Source of the DNA: Promethearchaeota archaeon
GTDB taxonomy: Archaea > Asgardarchaeota > Heimdallarchaeia > Hodarchaeales > Hodarchaeaceae
Direction: 5' to 3'
Length of the DNA: 64,000 nucleotides
Assembly (NCBI GenBank): GCA_048938105.1
Contig: JBHLMN010000002.1
Span: forward strand, 320,001-384,000
Part shown: one piece after another, positions 19,061 to 29,040 of the stretch
How the letters are laid out: each line of letters starts with the position of its first letter
Position numbering within the stretch: position 1 is the first letter of the stretch
Program-made: the position numbers and the translations under genes
The notes under the pieces: model-generated
Seen by the model: only the letters and a program-made list of their open reading frames with translations
Databases searched by the model: none
Told to the model about the DNA's origin: nothing

Positions 19061-20860
19061 GTGAAAAAAATGCCTGCAAGATTATATCTACGATCATTTT
19101 GGATTTTAACATTCCTTTGGGGAATTGTTTTTGTACTTGCGATGGTTTTAGCGTATCTTATCTCGGTAGGTGGATTCATCCCTCCTGGATATGAATATTT
19201 TATTATTCTTTTACCAGTCATCTTTGCATTCTTTGTTGTAGGGTTACAATTCTTGATTTCGCCTTGGATAATGGATATCACTATTTCTTGGGTATATCAA
19301 GCAACCAAATATCAGGTTGACGAATTACCCACTCATATCCGTGATTTCCTGTACCAACAAATGGAACTACATAATTTTTCCCTCAAATGGGTCGCTATTA
19401 TCCATGATAATAATCCCAATGCCTTCACTTATGGTCATACAAAAAAACGGGCACGAATGGCTATTACTGAAGGAATATTAAACTACTTAGACGAATCAGA
19501 GCAGATCGCAGTCGTTGCTCATGAAACTGGGCATATAGTTCATCGTGATTTCATTTGGATGACTGTTGCAGCTGCAATTCCATTGATCTGTTACTCCTTT
19601 TATCAAGGTCTCTGGACTTTTGCACGTGTTTCAGCTCGTACTAGTAGAGACGATGATGCAGCTAAGGTTAGCGCAGTCGCACTTGTTGTGGCAATTGGGG
19701 CTTGGATTGCATATTATATTTCTCATTTTCTTGTCTTATTTCTTTCACGTGTTCGTGAATATTATGCTGATAGCTTCTCTGCGGAAGCAACAGGCGATCC
19801 AGGGGCGTTATCAAGAGCCCTGGTGAAAATTGCTTATGGTATGGTCAAGGAGGACGCAACAACTCAACAACGGATGCGTGATGAAAGTGTATCTCCATCT
19901 GCAAGAAAACAGGCCTCTAAGCAACACGCTTTTAATATTGGAATGCGCTCATTAGGAATTTTTGATGTTAGTGGAGCACAGAACTTAGCAATGTCTGCAT
20001 ATGGACGTGGTGTATCTGATTTAAATGAAGAAACTGTTGCAAAAGCTGCTCAGTGGGATCTTTCTAACCCTTGGGGTGGTTTTCTTGAACTCTTTTCTAC
20101 TCATCCTCTTCCAGCCAAAAGGATTAGATCTTTGAATAAGATGCAGGAAGAACGAGGTTTAAGACCAGAATTCCCAGGAATTGGTAAAGTCAAACTTCCT
20201 GAAAGCTTATGGGATGAATTTTTAATTGATCTCTTTTTATCTTATATTGCACCTCTCCTTTTCTTTCTCTTACCTCTTATTGGTGCATTTTTAGTATATC
20301 TCTTAAGCGATTATTCTGGGACTGTTTACGATCCTATGATAGGTATGGGTGCTGGGCTTCTTCTGTTTGCATTGATATGGAAATGGAGACGTCGTGAAAA
20401 ATACCCCAAAATTAGAGACAGTGATGATACAGTTACAGTCGTTCACTGCTTGACAGATCAAACAAAGAACTCATATTATGAAGCTTCTCCCCTTCGAGGT
20501 AAGAAAGCAGTCTTTGAGGGACGTGTTGTGGGCCGAGGAACACCAGGATATTGGTTAAGTGAGGACTTAGTGATTCAAGATCAGACGGGGATAATCACAT
20601 TAGACTACAGTCCTATTTTAGGGTTTATGTCATGGATTTTTGCACTGTTTCGTGTACCAAGTCTACAGGGTAGAATGGTTAAAGCATATGGCTGGTATCA
20701 TAGAGTTCCAACACCTGTGCTATCTGTTTGGAAGATTGTGACTGAAGACGGGCGGACTTACAAAAATAGATGGTCAGGCCTTAATTGGCTCTTTATGTGG
20801 ATTGTAATCATAATAGGCCTTTTCTTGATCATTTTTGGCCTTTCTATTTCTGTAATCTAA
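19061..20860 (+). CDS. htpX: M48 (HtpX-like) membrane zinc metalloprotease with C-terminal TM and beta-domain extension
   Basis: PNAFTYG, HETGH (HExxH), SRVREYYAD, FSTHP. Confidence 0.88.
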   Translation: MKKMPARLYLRSFWILTFLWGIVFVLAMVLAYLISVGGFIPPGYEYFIILLPVIFAFFVVGLQFLISPWIMDITISWVYQATKYQVDELPTHIRDFLYQQMELHNFSLKWVAIIHDNNPNAFTYGHTKKRARMAITEGILNYLDESEQIAVVAHETGHIVHRDFIWMTVAAAIPLICYSFYQGLWTFARVSARTSRDDDAAKVSAVALVVAIGAWIAYYISHFLVLFLSRVREYYADSFSAEATGDPGALSRALVKIAYGMVKEDATTQQRMRDESVSPSARKQASKQHAFNIGMRSLGIFDVSGAQNLAMSAYGRGVSDLNEETVAKAAQWDLSNPWGGFLELFSTHPLPAKRIRSLNKMQEERGLRPEFPGIGKVKLPESLWDEFLIDLFLSYIAPLLFFLLPLIGAFLVYLLSDYSGTVYDPMIGMGAGLLLFALIWKWRRREKYPKIRDSDDTVTVVHCLTDQTKNSYYEASPLRGKKAVFEGRVVGRGTPGYWLSEDLVIQDQTGIITLDYSPILGFMSWIFALFRVPSLQGRMVKAYGWYHRVPTPVLSVWKIVTEDGRTYKNRWSGLNWLFMWIVIIIGLFLIIFGLSISVI

Positions 20861-20879
20861 TACTTCTTCTTCTTTTTTT

Positions 20880-21728
20880 TTATTCAACATCTTTCTCCAT
20901 AAAAAGTAGTCCCATATCTTTTCGGTATTGTCGTTGAAGACGAATTTTGTCTAAATCTAAGGGTACTGAAACTACTCCCATACTCCCGTCAGGAATCGAA
21001 GATAATATGTTCTTGCCAATTGGTTCGTCATTAGTGAAACGATATGAGGGATCAACAATACAGGTAGCTCCAGCACACCAATACGGGTCTCGAATGGCTT
21101 GCATAGCTGTGTCGCTAACTATTATAGCCGCTGCTGCTTCTTTTCCTCGAATAATTGCTAGATTATGCCACATGAATCGGCCATAGTTAGTAAATGAACG
21201 ATCGGGGATAGTAGTCAAGATTGGGGAAAAAACAATGTCAAAATTTTTATTTATTAACGAAGAATAATCGTTAACATTCCACAGATCACTGCAAATCTGG
21301 ATTGATGCCTTCCAATCACTAATTTGCCAAATAAAATCCTTTTCTCCTGGAGTAATTTCTTGTAGTTGTTCATATCCAAAAGGATGACGTTTGTCATATG
21401 TTCCAATTAGGTGTCCTAATGGATCAAAAATATGTGCTCGATTGAAATACGAATCTTTATCTTTTACTAAGTGACTCCCACCAATTACCCATGATGAAAA
21501 TTGAATTGCTACTTCTTTTAAAAAATCTAAGGATAAATTTTGCATCGTTTCAGTATAGCTCCCCTTTCTCATCCCATTCCAATATTCAGGGAAACATATT
21601 GCATCTGTAATTTTAAAAGTAGTAGAAAATTCAGTGAAAAGATTTTGATATTGTTCTAGGTTGTTATTAAACTCATCAACTTTTATATTTGGTTGGAGAG
21701 CCGTGATTCTTAAATGAGACGACTTCAA
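20880..21728 (-). CDS. Carbon-nitrogen hydrolase (nitrilase superfamily)
   Basis: Catalytic triad FPE / YDK / ICSD. Confidence 0.9.
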   Translation of the reverse strand: MKSSHLRITALQPNIKVDEFNNNLEQYQNLFTEFSTTFKITDAICFPEYWNGMRKGSYTETMQNLSLDFLKEVAIQFSSWVIGGSHLVKDKDSYFNRAHIFDPLGHLIGTYDKRHPFGYEQLQEITPGEKDFIWQISDWKASIQICSDLWNVNDYSSLINKNFDIVFSPILTTIPDRSFTNYGRFMWHNLAIIRGKEAAAAIIVSDTAMQAIRDPYWCAGATCIVDPSYRFTNDEPIGKNILSSIPDGSMGVVSVPLDLDKIRLQRQYRKDMGLLFMEKDVE

Positions 21729-21748
21729 ATATAGAACGTTCCTATCCC

Positions 21749-22975
21749 TTATTGATTAATTGCTAAAGAATTGATATAATTCTGTGATAATCTATGAACT
21801 AACTGAGAAATGTCAATAGATAGAATTGATGAATGTTGCTCTTGAAGAAATTGATCAATGTTCAATTGACACGAAGGGCAAGCATTAAGACATAATTCTG
21901 TTCCTCTTTCTTCCATTTGTTGAATAAGCTTTAATGCAACATCTTTTGCTATAGTGGGGTAATTTGCCTTAACTAATCCTCCTCCTCCACAACAAAGAGC
22001 ATTCTCGCGATTATTGGGTAATTCAAGATTTTCAACTCCAGGAAGAAGATCCATAAGTTCTCGTGCAGTCTCGAATTCGCCACAATGGCGGCCTAATTCG
22101 CAGGGATCTTTAAATGAGACTTTAATTGGAGTTAGGCTTAATAATTTCAATTTTTTTCTCTTAATTAAACTTATTATGTATTCCATATGTGTTATTACTT
22201 TGAATGGTAACTCTTCTCCTAATAATTTAGGATATTCTTGGCTAAAAACGCGGTAACAACCAGCACATGAAACAAATAATGTTTTAATTTTTAGCTTTTT
22301 AATCTCAGCAACATTATGTTTAGCCAGTTCTTTAGCTTTCTCTTTACATCCCCCTAATAAATATGGATTTCCACAACAATATTCTCTAGGGGAAAAGATT
22401 GTGATTTTTTCATTAGCGTGTTTTATAAGTCTTATAATTGATACTGGAGCTCCAGCTGCTCGGCCCATATATGATGCGACACATCCAATAAAATAACCAA
22501 CCCCAGTTTCTACAGGTTGGTTCACCCATTCTTCATAGGTATCCTCCACATCAAAAGACCAAAAGTTCCTATCTTCTTGGTTCATTCCTAAGAAATTATG
22601 AGTTTTAGCTAAGTTTTGGAACATTCGTTCCGTTTCCGTTGGTAAGCGATCCTGCAATAACCCTTTTAATTCAGTATAAACCTCCATTAGTGGAATATCT
22701 ACAATACATTCTTGTTCACATGCCCCACAAAATGTACATTGAAATAACCCTTCTGTAAGGGCATTCAATCCTTCATCTTTCTTTAATAATCCTTGCGCAA
22801 GATTACGTGCTGTTATCATCTTTCCTCTCCCAGTTACAATTTCGTGACGAACTGAAAGAAACGTTGGGCATGCTGCGTTGTTATTAACGCAATAAGCGCA
22901 GTATGCGCAAGTGAAGAATTCATCATAATGTTCTAAATGTTTTAAATTCAAGTGGTCAATCCTCGAGAAAGTCAC
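21749..22975 (-). CDS. Fe-S oxidoreductase, HdrD/GlpC-like (4Fe-4S dicluster plus two CCG domains)
   Basis: CAYCAYC...CP, CTFCGACEQEC, CCG, SCAGC, DPC, CCGGGG, ACPSC. Confidence 0.9.
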   Translation of the reverse strand: MTFSRIDHLNLKHLEHYDEFFTCAYCAYCVNNNAACPTFLSVRHEIVTGRGKMITARNLAQGLLKKDEGLNALTEGLFQCTFCGACEQECIVDIPLMEVYTELKGLLQDRLPTETERMFQNLAKTHNFLGMNQEDRNFWSFDVEDTYEEWVNQPVETGVGYFIGCVASYMGRAAGAPVSIIRLIKHANEKITIFSPREYCCGNPYLLGGCKEKAKELAKHNVAEIKKLKIKTLFVSCAGCYRVFSQEYPKLLGEELPFKVITHMEYIISLIKRKKLKLLSLTPIKVSFKDPCELGRHCGEFETARELMDLLPGVENLELPNNRENALCCGGGGLVKANYPTIAKDVALKLIQQMEERGTELCLNACPSCQLNIDQFLQEQHSSILSIDISQLVHRLSQNYINSLAINQ

Positions 22976-23155
22976 GACAACTATCAGCTACATTCTTATT
23001 TTTAACTTTCTGTTTCTTAATCGTTATTATTCGAAAAGATAAATGAGAAAAATAGTTTTTTCGTACCTAGAAGCTCAAGCCCTCATGCATCATTCTTGAC
23101 CTCTCTAACAGGATTAAGATCCACGCCTTTCTCTGAAATATTTCTCCTAAATACT

Positions 23156-24043
23156 TTAAAAAGGCACATATCCATAGCTCATAAGAAATTCCTGTTCTTC
23201 AGGGGTTAAATCTTCTCCTTCATCCCTTTTTTTGAGAAGGACTTCTATCTTTTCTTCAATCTCCCCATATACTTGTTTATGTGTCTCGTCTGCAATTAAT
23301 TTCTTAACTTTGGCAATTTTTCCTTTCAAAGCGTCGAGCTCTTCCTGTTTTGCTTGAACTTCTACTCTTAATTCTTCTATTCGTTGAAGATGTTTTACGA
23401 ATTCTTCATGAGCTTTATCTTCTTCCTCCTTTAGCGGTTTAATGCGAATATACATCTGTTGGACCTTTTCACTCATCTCTCTCCTGTCAGCTTCCTCCTG
23501 CGAAATTTTTTGGTCAATCTCTGCAATTTCTTGTTCTATTTTTTCTTTAGTTTCTGGAACATTTCCTAAATAATCAGCTACTATGGCCTCATTCCTTTTT
23601 TCTAGGTATGCAATTCTATCTTCTACACGTTGAATCTCTTCAATGAGGATTTCTTCATCCTCACGGGATAGTGATTTTGTTTGTTGCATGAATTCCAATT
23701 CATAGAGGTGAAATTTTAACTCAACTATGGTAAGCTGTTCTAATTGAGATTGTGTTAGAATCTTAAATACTGGCCCATCAACCCGTTGAGCTTGTCGACG
23801 GAGAAAGGATCTCCTCTTTTTCAGTTTTTCGAGTATATCCTTTTGTGAATCTCTTGATTCGATCTCAGGAGCAGCTTTTGCAAGGAGAGCTTGTCGTTCC
23901 GCCTTTAGTTTATCTCGCTGTTTTCTAAAGCGTGTTGTTAGTTTATGTTCTGTTTGAAGTTCTTTTCGCATGATTTTAATTTCTTCAATCAGATTTCTTT
24001 GTTGTGAATAATGCAGTTTTAAATGCTCTTTGTGAGTTGACAA
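23156..24043 (-). CDS. Archaeal coiled-coil protein (COG1340-like)
   Basis: Heptad-rich; LEFMQQTKSLSREDE internal motif and GEDLTPEE C-terminus typical of this family. Confidence 0.7.
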   Translation of the reverse strand: MSTHKEHLKLHYSQQRNLIEEIKIMRKELQTEHKLTTRFRKQRDKLKAERQALLAKAAPEIESRDSQKDILEKLKKRRSFLRRQAQRVDGPVFKILTQSQLEQLTIVELKFHLYELEFMQQTKSLSREDEEILIEEIQRVEDRIAYLEKRNEAIVADYLGNVPETKEKIEQEIAEIDQKISQEEADRREMSEKVQQMYIRIKPLKEEEDKAHEEFVKHLQRIEELRVEVQAKQEELDALKGKIAKVKKLIADETHKQVYGEIEEKIEVLLKKRDEGEDLTPEEQEFLMSYGYVPF

Positions 24044-24253
24044 AAATATCAGGCCAATTTAGGTTTTTAAATTGATTGTCTACCAAATGATTAAAGGTAG
24101 ATGAAATAGAGCTGAGAACAGATAATATAAATTATTAATTAAGTGTAGCTTTTATATTAGGAAGAAATAGACTATTTTTAAGAGGTTATCCCTCAAATCT
24201 CAAAATGTTTTAATTGACAACTGATAAGCCCTTAAGACAATAGAGGAGATAAT

Positions 24254-24769
24254 ATGGAATTTTTTGAGGTTGTTATCAGGAACAAACGGTTCAAAGAGTT
24301 TCAGCCTGACCAGTCATTAACTTCTGATCAAATTAAACAGCTATTAGCCTGCGCTCAATTAGCTCCCTCTTTATCTGACATTCAAAATTATACTTTCATA
24401 ATTATTGACTCGGACTTAAAGCAGGAAGTTGCTGCAAAAACGGAGGGATCTGAGTGGATTCAATACGCTGCTGCAATTTTTGCTGTTGTAGTTGTTGAAG
24501 AAGACGATGATGTCAATATTATTGATGCTATTATATCGAGTTCTCAGTTAATGATGGCTGCAACCGCTAATAATCTAGGTAGTAATTTCATTGTAGAGTT
24601 TGATCATGAAGCTATTGCAAACCTTCTAGGCGTAACAGATAATCGTTTAACAGTGATAGGTCTTATTCCTGTTGGAAAAACTTTAGATGAGGGTTCACAG
24701 GGTTATAAAAGAACTTTAGCGGAGTTAAGTAATCATAATAAGTTAGGAGAACCCTATGAATTCGAATGA
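24254..24769 (+). CDS. Nitroreductase family protein
   Basis: AQLAPS..IQNYTFIII, LMMAATANNLGS, LIPVG. Confidence 0.88.
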   Translation: MEFFEVVIRNKRFKEFQPDQSLTSDQIKQLLACAQLAPSLSDIQNYTFIIIDSDLKQEVAAKTEGSEWIQYAAAIFAVVVVEEDDDVNIIDAIISSSQLMMAATANNLGSNFIVEFDHEAIANLLGVTDNRLTVIGLIPVGKTLDEGSQGYKRTLAELSNHNKLGEPYEFE

Positions 24770-24854
24770 ATTGTTATATTTAGAAGCTAATAAATTCTTT
24801 ATAATTTAATAGAGAAGATTCAAGAAACAGAAGCCGAGGATAAGGGAACCATTA

Positions 24855-25385
24855 ATGGTTTCACTTAATGCAAAATCTTTTTTAAAAGACAAGGCTTATT
24901 TAGTCGTTAAAGTGGATTCAAATGAATTTACACTTTCAATTAATCAAATTCATGGGATAGGGGAATTTAACAATGAGTTCCAAGAAGAATTAGAATCAGG
25001 ATTCTATTTAGGAAATTTTCACTTACATGCTAGGATCATTCCTGTTATAAATTTGAAAAAATACCTCAATTGTCCGAATTCAGATTTTGTTTTAACAATA
25101 CAATCCAGAATTCTTTTTATAAGTAGTACAAAGGAAACAATCCTCAGTTCAAAAACCATGATTGTTGGTTTAGGTGTAGATGCAATTTTAGGTTTTTATC
25201 GTTATAAAACTTCTGGAAAAGAGATAAAATCGGAAGGAAACCTCTCATCTGAAGCGAATTGCTTCAGAATGAACTCATATATCGAGATCAACTCTAAGAT
25301 ATATCCTTTATTAAACTTGAAGAAGCTCCTCGATTTTTCTCAATTGGAGAAGTTACTAGAAGATTATTTACCAGAAAAGATTTAA
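24855..25385 (+). CDS. CheW-like domain protein
   Basis: YLVVKV..EF.L.I.QI, LGNFHLHARIIPVINLKKYL, VGLGVDAI, LLNLKKL. Confidence 0.78.
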   Translation: MVSLNAKSFLKDKAYLVVKVDSNEFTLSINQIHGIGEFNNEFQEELESGFYLGNFHLHARIIPVINLKKYLNCPNSDFVLTIQSRILFISSTKETILSSKTMIVGLGVDAILGFYRYKTSGKEIKSEGNLSSEANCFRMNSYIEINSKIYPLLNLKKLLDFSQLEKLLEDYLPEKI

Positions 25386-25425
25386 TAATATGTTTTATCA
25401 GTTGTAGACAAGAGAAAATATTTTT

Positions 25426-26913
25426 GTGGCTTATTGGGGCTTTTTAATGGAGAAAATAGGGAAAAATATAAGAGTATTTTGCCTCTGTAAGAAACAATAT
25501 GACCTTGAGTCATTTTTAAATACAGCATTGGCTCAAACTGAAGCTCAGCGTTATCTAATCAGTTTTTTTACTTCAAAAAAACCTTCTACAAAATTATTTT
25601 CTTCTTTAATTGATGGATTTACAATTACAGCCATCAAGGTACCAATTAAAGTTACAGCTAAATGGAAGAAGAATGAATTTGTAACTCAATTGAATGATTT
25701 TTGTGCTGCGATTCCAAAAACATCTACTCGTCAAAACTTATTTCTTGACTTTACTAACTTAAATGTCACGAAAAGCTTTGTTAATTTTATTGAATCTTCA
25801 TTTGAAAACAAACTTATTGATACTAATGTAGAAAAATATTCAATTTTCTCTCTTTTTCTCGAAAAAAAGATAGGAAAAACGTTGATAAATCAGCTAGCCT
25901 TAAGTTACCCTTTTTTATGCTTGGCAAATTCTCAAATTCACCCTAATTTTTATTATGATTCTAAAATGGGCGGTAAATTTCCTACAAACTTACGAGACCT
26001 TTATCAACCCATCCAAATCCTAATAGAGGAGCTAGAAAAGAATTCACTTGAACAAGACCGTCTAAATAAGGAATTATTTATACTTTCAACCCACAATAAC
26101 ATTCTCGAATCTTCTTTAGCCACTTTCCTAGAAATGGATCGTGAAAAAGTAGATTCACCACGTGGAAACGTTCCAGCAGATTTAGTTTCCTTATCACATT
26201 ATAGAGATCTCAAACAAAGATATGATGAAAAAACTCAGATGCTTTCAACTGTTAGTCATGACTTGAAATCTCCTATAGCAGCAATCCAAGGTTTTGCTGA
26301 AATATTAAGAGACGGATTAGCTGGAGAAGTAACTCCAGAGATGAAAAAACACCTAGAAATGATAGTATCTAACTCAAAGAGACTCTCGCGAATGGTAGAG
26401 AGTATTATGGAATATGAGAAATATGATCAATCTGATTATATCACTCAACGAGAAACTTTTGATCTAATCGAGATAATACATGACGCTAAAATGTTGATTT
26501 TACCTCAGATGATTCATAAAGATCAGGAAATGCATATTTATACTCCTGATTCATTAGAGATGGTTGGTAATCGCGAACTTTTATTACGAGTATTACAAAA
26601 TGTGTTGGATAACGCGGTAAAATACTCACCTCAAAAGAAAGGGAAAATTGAATTGTTTGCTGAAGAACAAAGCATTAAGGGTAACAAAATCATTAAAATT
26701 ACTATAAAGGACAACGGATTTGGATTCAATGAGAAAAATTTAAAACGAGCATTTGAACCGTTTGCCCGTTTCGAACCAGGCTCAACCTCGACAGGCTTAG
26801 GATTATCAATAGTTCATAAAATTGTTGAATCTATTCATGGAGGCTCAATAAAAATCACGTCACCAGGGAGGAAAAAAGGAACTACAGTCACCATTTTACT
26901 TCCAAAAACTTAG
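25426..26913 (+). CDS. Sensor histidine kinase (HisKA + HATPase_c) with MEDS-like N-terminal region
   Basis: H-box SHDLKSPI, N-box NVLDNAVKYS, DNGFG, FEPF, GLGLSI; LSYPFLCL...HPNFYY resembles the end of a MEDS domain. Confidence 0.9.
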   Translation: MAYWGFLMEKIGKNIRVFCLCKKQYDLESFLNTALAQTEAQRYLISFFTSKKPSTKLFSSLIDGFTITAIKVPIKVTAKWKKNEFVTQLNDFCAAIPKTSTRQNLFLDFTNLNVTKSFVNFIESSFENKLIDTNVEKYSIFSLFLEKKIGKTLINQLALSYPFLCLANSQIHPNFYYDSKMGGKFPTNLRDLYQPIQILIEELEKNSLEQDRLNKELFILSTHNNILESSLATFLEMDREKVDSPRGNVPADLVSLSHYRDLKQRYDEKTQMLSTVSHDLKSPIAAIQGFAEILRDGLAGEVTPEMKKHLEMIVSNSKRLSRMVESIMEYEKYDQSDYITQRETFDLIEIIHDAKMLILPQMIHKDQEMHIYTPDSLEMVGNRELLLRVLQNVLDNAVKYSPQKKGKIELFAEEQSIKGNKIIKITIKDNGFGFNEKNLKRAFEPFARFEPGSTSTGLGLSIVHKIVESIHGGSIKITSPGRKKGTTVTILLPKT

Positions 26914-27030
26914 TTTTTAAAGGATGGTTTTTTCCTGATGAGAATAAACTGAAACCAGGATTCCTATAGTGATCTGATTTAATATTTTTTATTAAATAAG
27001 TGGCAGATTCAAAAATAAGTCCATTAAGAT

Positions 27031-27363
27031 TTATTTATAGAAATCTAGTAAATTACTACTATTATTGTCCTCATCACGGGGATTTAAAATAATCCTGAAA
27101 AGATCCCATACAACCTCACTGGCGCATCTTCCACGTTCAGTTAAGGCGTAGAGAACCTCAAGTTCTTCCTTCCCCCGAATTTTAAAGATTAAATCAAGGT
27201 CAAGTAGTGTATCTAACCGAGACTTTACCTTGCTTGGGGAGGCTTGATGTTCTATAGATGAACAAATCTGTTTAAAAGTTCTACCATTTGGATTTAAATG
27301 GAGATATTGCATTATTAGAAGAGAATACTCTTTTTCTAACTTCTTAAGTGGATTAATTTCCAA
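27031..27363 (-). CDS. Winged-helix transcriptional regulator (HxlR/MarR-like)
   Basis: RTFKQI...SPSKVKSRLDTLLDLDLI...YALTERG. Confidence 0.8.
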   Translation of the reverse strand: MEINPLKKLEKEYSLLIMQYLHLNPNGRTFKQICSSIEHQASPSKVKSRLDTLLDLDLIFKIRGKEELEVLYALTERGRCASEVVWDLFRIILNPRDEDNNSSNLLDFYK

Positions 27364-27566
27364 TGTTTGAATCTCATTTAGGAGTTTATTTCGAGAATGT
27401 AGTCATTCCTGAGGATTCTCGGGTTAATTTACAAGATTTACTTCAAGAAAGATGTCATTCTTGAAAACTTTTGGGTTCTTTATAAGATTGAGACATGACT
27501 AGTTCCTATTCCTAACGATCGATATTTCAAATAACTAATATAACCTCTCTTTAAGGGAGATTTATT

Positions 27567-28595
27567 ATGTCTTATGCTCCAGATAAAATGCAAGTACTAC
27601 TTAAGAAACAAAAATATCAACTTTATGGGAAAAATACAGCTGTTAAGAAGTGTACTTGGACGCATAACGCTTTAAGGGAAGATCGTTACTGTTTTAAACG
27701 ATTTTATGGAATTCAATCTCATCGCTGTGTTCAGTTCTCCCCCACACTGATATGCAATTTTTCTTGTCAGTTTTGCTGGCGAATTCATGAATCTGATCTC
27801 AGTTTAAAAAATATGTACAAGGATTATGATGTTACAGATATCCAGAGATTACCAGAAGTCTTTGATTCACCTGAGGAGGTTGTTAAGGGTATCTTACTAG
27901 GTCAACGTAAGATTATCTGCGGATATAAACCATATATTAATAATCAGAAATATGAGGAGGCAATGGATCCTAAACATGCTACAATGAGTTTAACAGGAGA
28001 ACCTTTTCTTTATCCCTGGATCCCAGAGTTAATTCAAGAATTAAGAGAAAAAAATATGACTGTATTTATCGTTACCAACGGTAGCGTGCCTGAAACACTA
28101 AAATTGATTTTAGAAACAAAAATCTATCCTACTCAGCTGTACATTACTCTTCCTGCTCCAGGGATTAAGAATTTTATTCGCACACACCGTCCTTTAGAAG
28201 ATGCTAAGTTGGTTTTAAATAAAATTTGGGAAACTCTCTCTATGATTGGGAAAGGAGTTCCTTTTCGAACTGTCGGGCGTTTAACAGTCGCTAAGGGACT
28301 CAATCTCATAGATCCCCAAGGATATGCCCAAATGATTGAAGTAATGAATCCATCCTTTATTGAGATCAAAGGCGTTGTTCATGTCGGTGCTGCGGAGAAA
28401 AGGCTTCCCAGATCTGTTATGCCATCCCATGATAACATTTACTCCTTTGCTCAAGAGTTAGAAATGTTAACAGATTATAAAATCGTTAGGGAATCCAAAG
28501 TCAGCCGTTTAGTAATATTATCGAATGGAAATAATCCTTTGATAATCCCAGAACTAAAAAATTCAGCTCCTATTCAACCAGAGAACAATATTTAA
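27567..28595 (+). CDS. taw1: tRNA 4-demethylwyosine synthase (radical SAM, archaeal TYW1)
   Basis: KKCTW, CFKRFYGIQSHRC, CNFSCQFCWR, SLTGEP, VTNG, QLYITL. Confidence 0.95.
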   Translation: MSYAPDKMQVLLKKQKYQLYGKNTAVKKCTWTHNALREDRYCFKRFYGIQSHRCVQFSPTLICNFSCQFCWRIHESDLSLKNMYKDYDVTDIQRLPEVFDSPEEVVKGILLGQRKIICGYKPYINNQKYEEAMDPKHATMSLTGEPFLYPWIPELIQELREKNMTVFIVTNGSVPETLKLILETKIYPTQLYITLPAPGIKNFIRTHRPLEDAKLVLNKIWETLSMIGKGVPFRTVGRLTVAKGLNLIDPQGYAQMIEVMNPSFIEIKGVVHVGAAEKRLPRSVMPSHDNIYSFAQELEMLTDYKIVRESKVSRLVILSNGNNPLIIPELKNSAPIQPENNI

Positions 28596-28801
28596 TTGAA
28601 AGATCATATAACATGCTTTTTTAAGGGATAGTTTACATAATCAAGTAACAGTATGTCTTTTTAACCGAAAAGCGATATCATTCCGTGAATACAAAACTCA
28701 CAAAGGATTCTTCTTTAAGATGGGCATCTCATGGTTCCTGAGGATTCAACAATGATTTGTGTTAAAAAAAAGGAACAATTAAATGAAATGAATTAGTAAC
28801 A

Positions 28802-29017
28802 GTGGGTGATAACAAGATGCAACTTGCAGAAAAATCAATAGAATCAATAACACGATTAAGGCTGAAATCTGGAACAGCCATTGAAATCCATATGATAACT
28901 CAAAATAAGGGTACCAATCGAATGGTTATAGAGAAAGGCGAAGAAAGTCTTTCTCTTGAACAGGAGGAAATCTCTGAATTTATTACGTTGTTTAATGACT
29001 TTTTAGAAAGCTTTTAG
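28802..29017 (+). CDS. Small hypothetical protein (predicted beta-rich plus C-terminal helix)
   Basis: 71-aa ORF heading a co-oriented cluster; C-terminal motif shared with the next gene. Confidence 0.65.
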   Translation: MGDNKMQLAEKSIESITRLRLKSGTAIEIHMITQNKGTNRMVIEKGEESLSLEQEEISEFITLFNDFLESF

Positions 29018-29040
29018 AATTTGGTAGGAGCTGATCTTTA

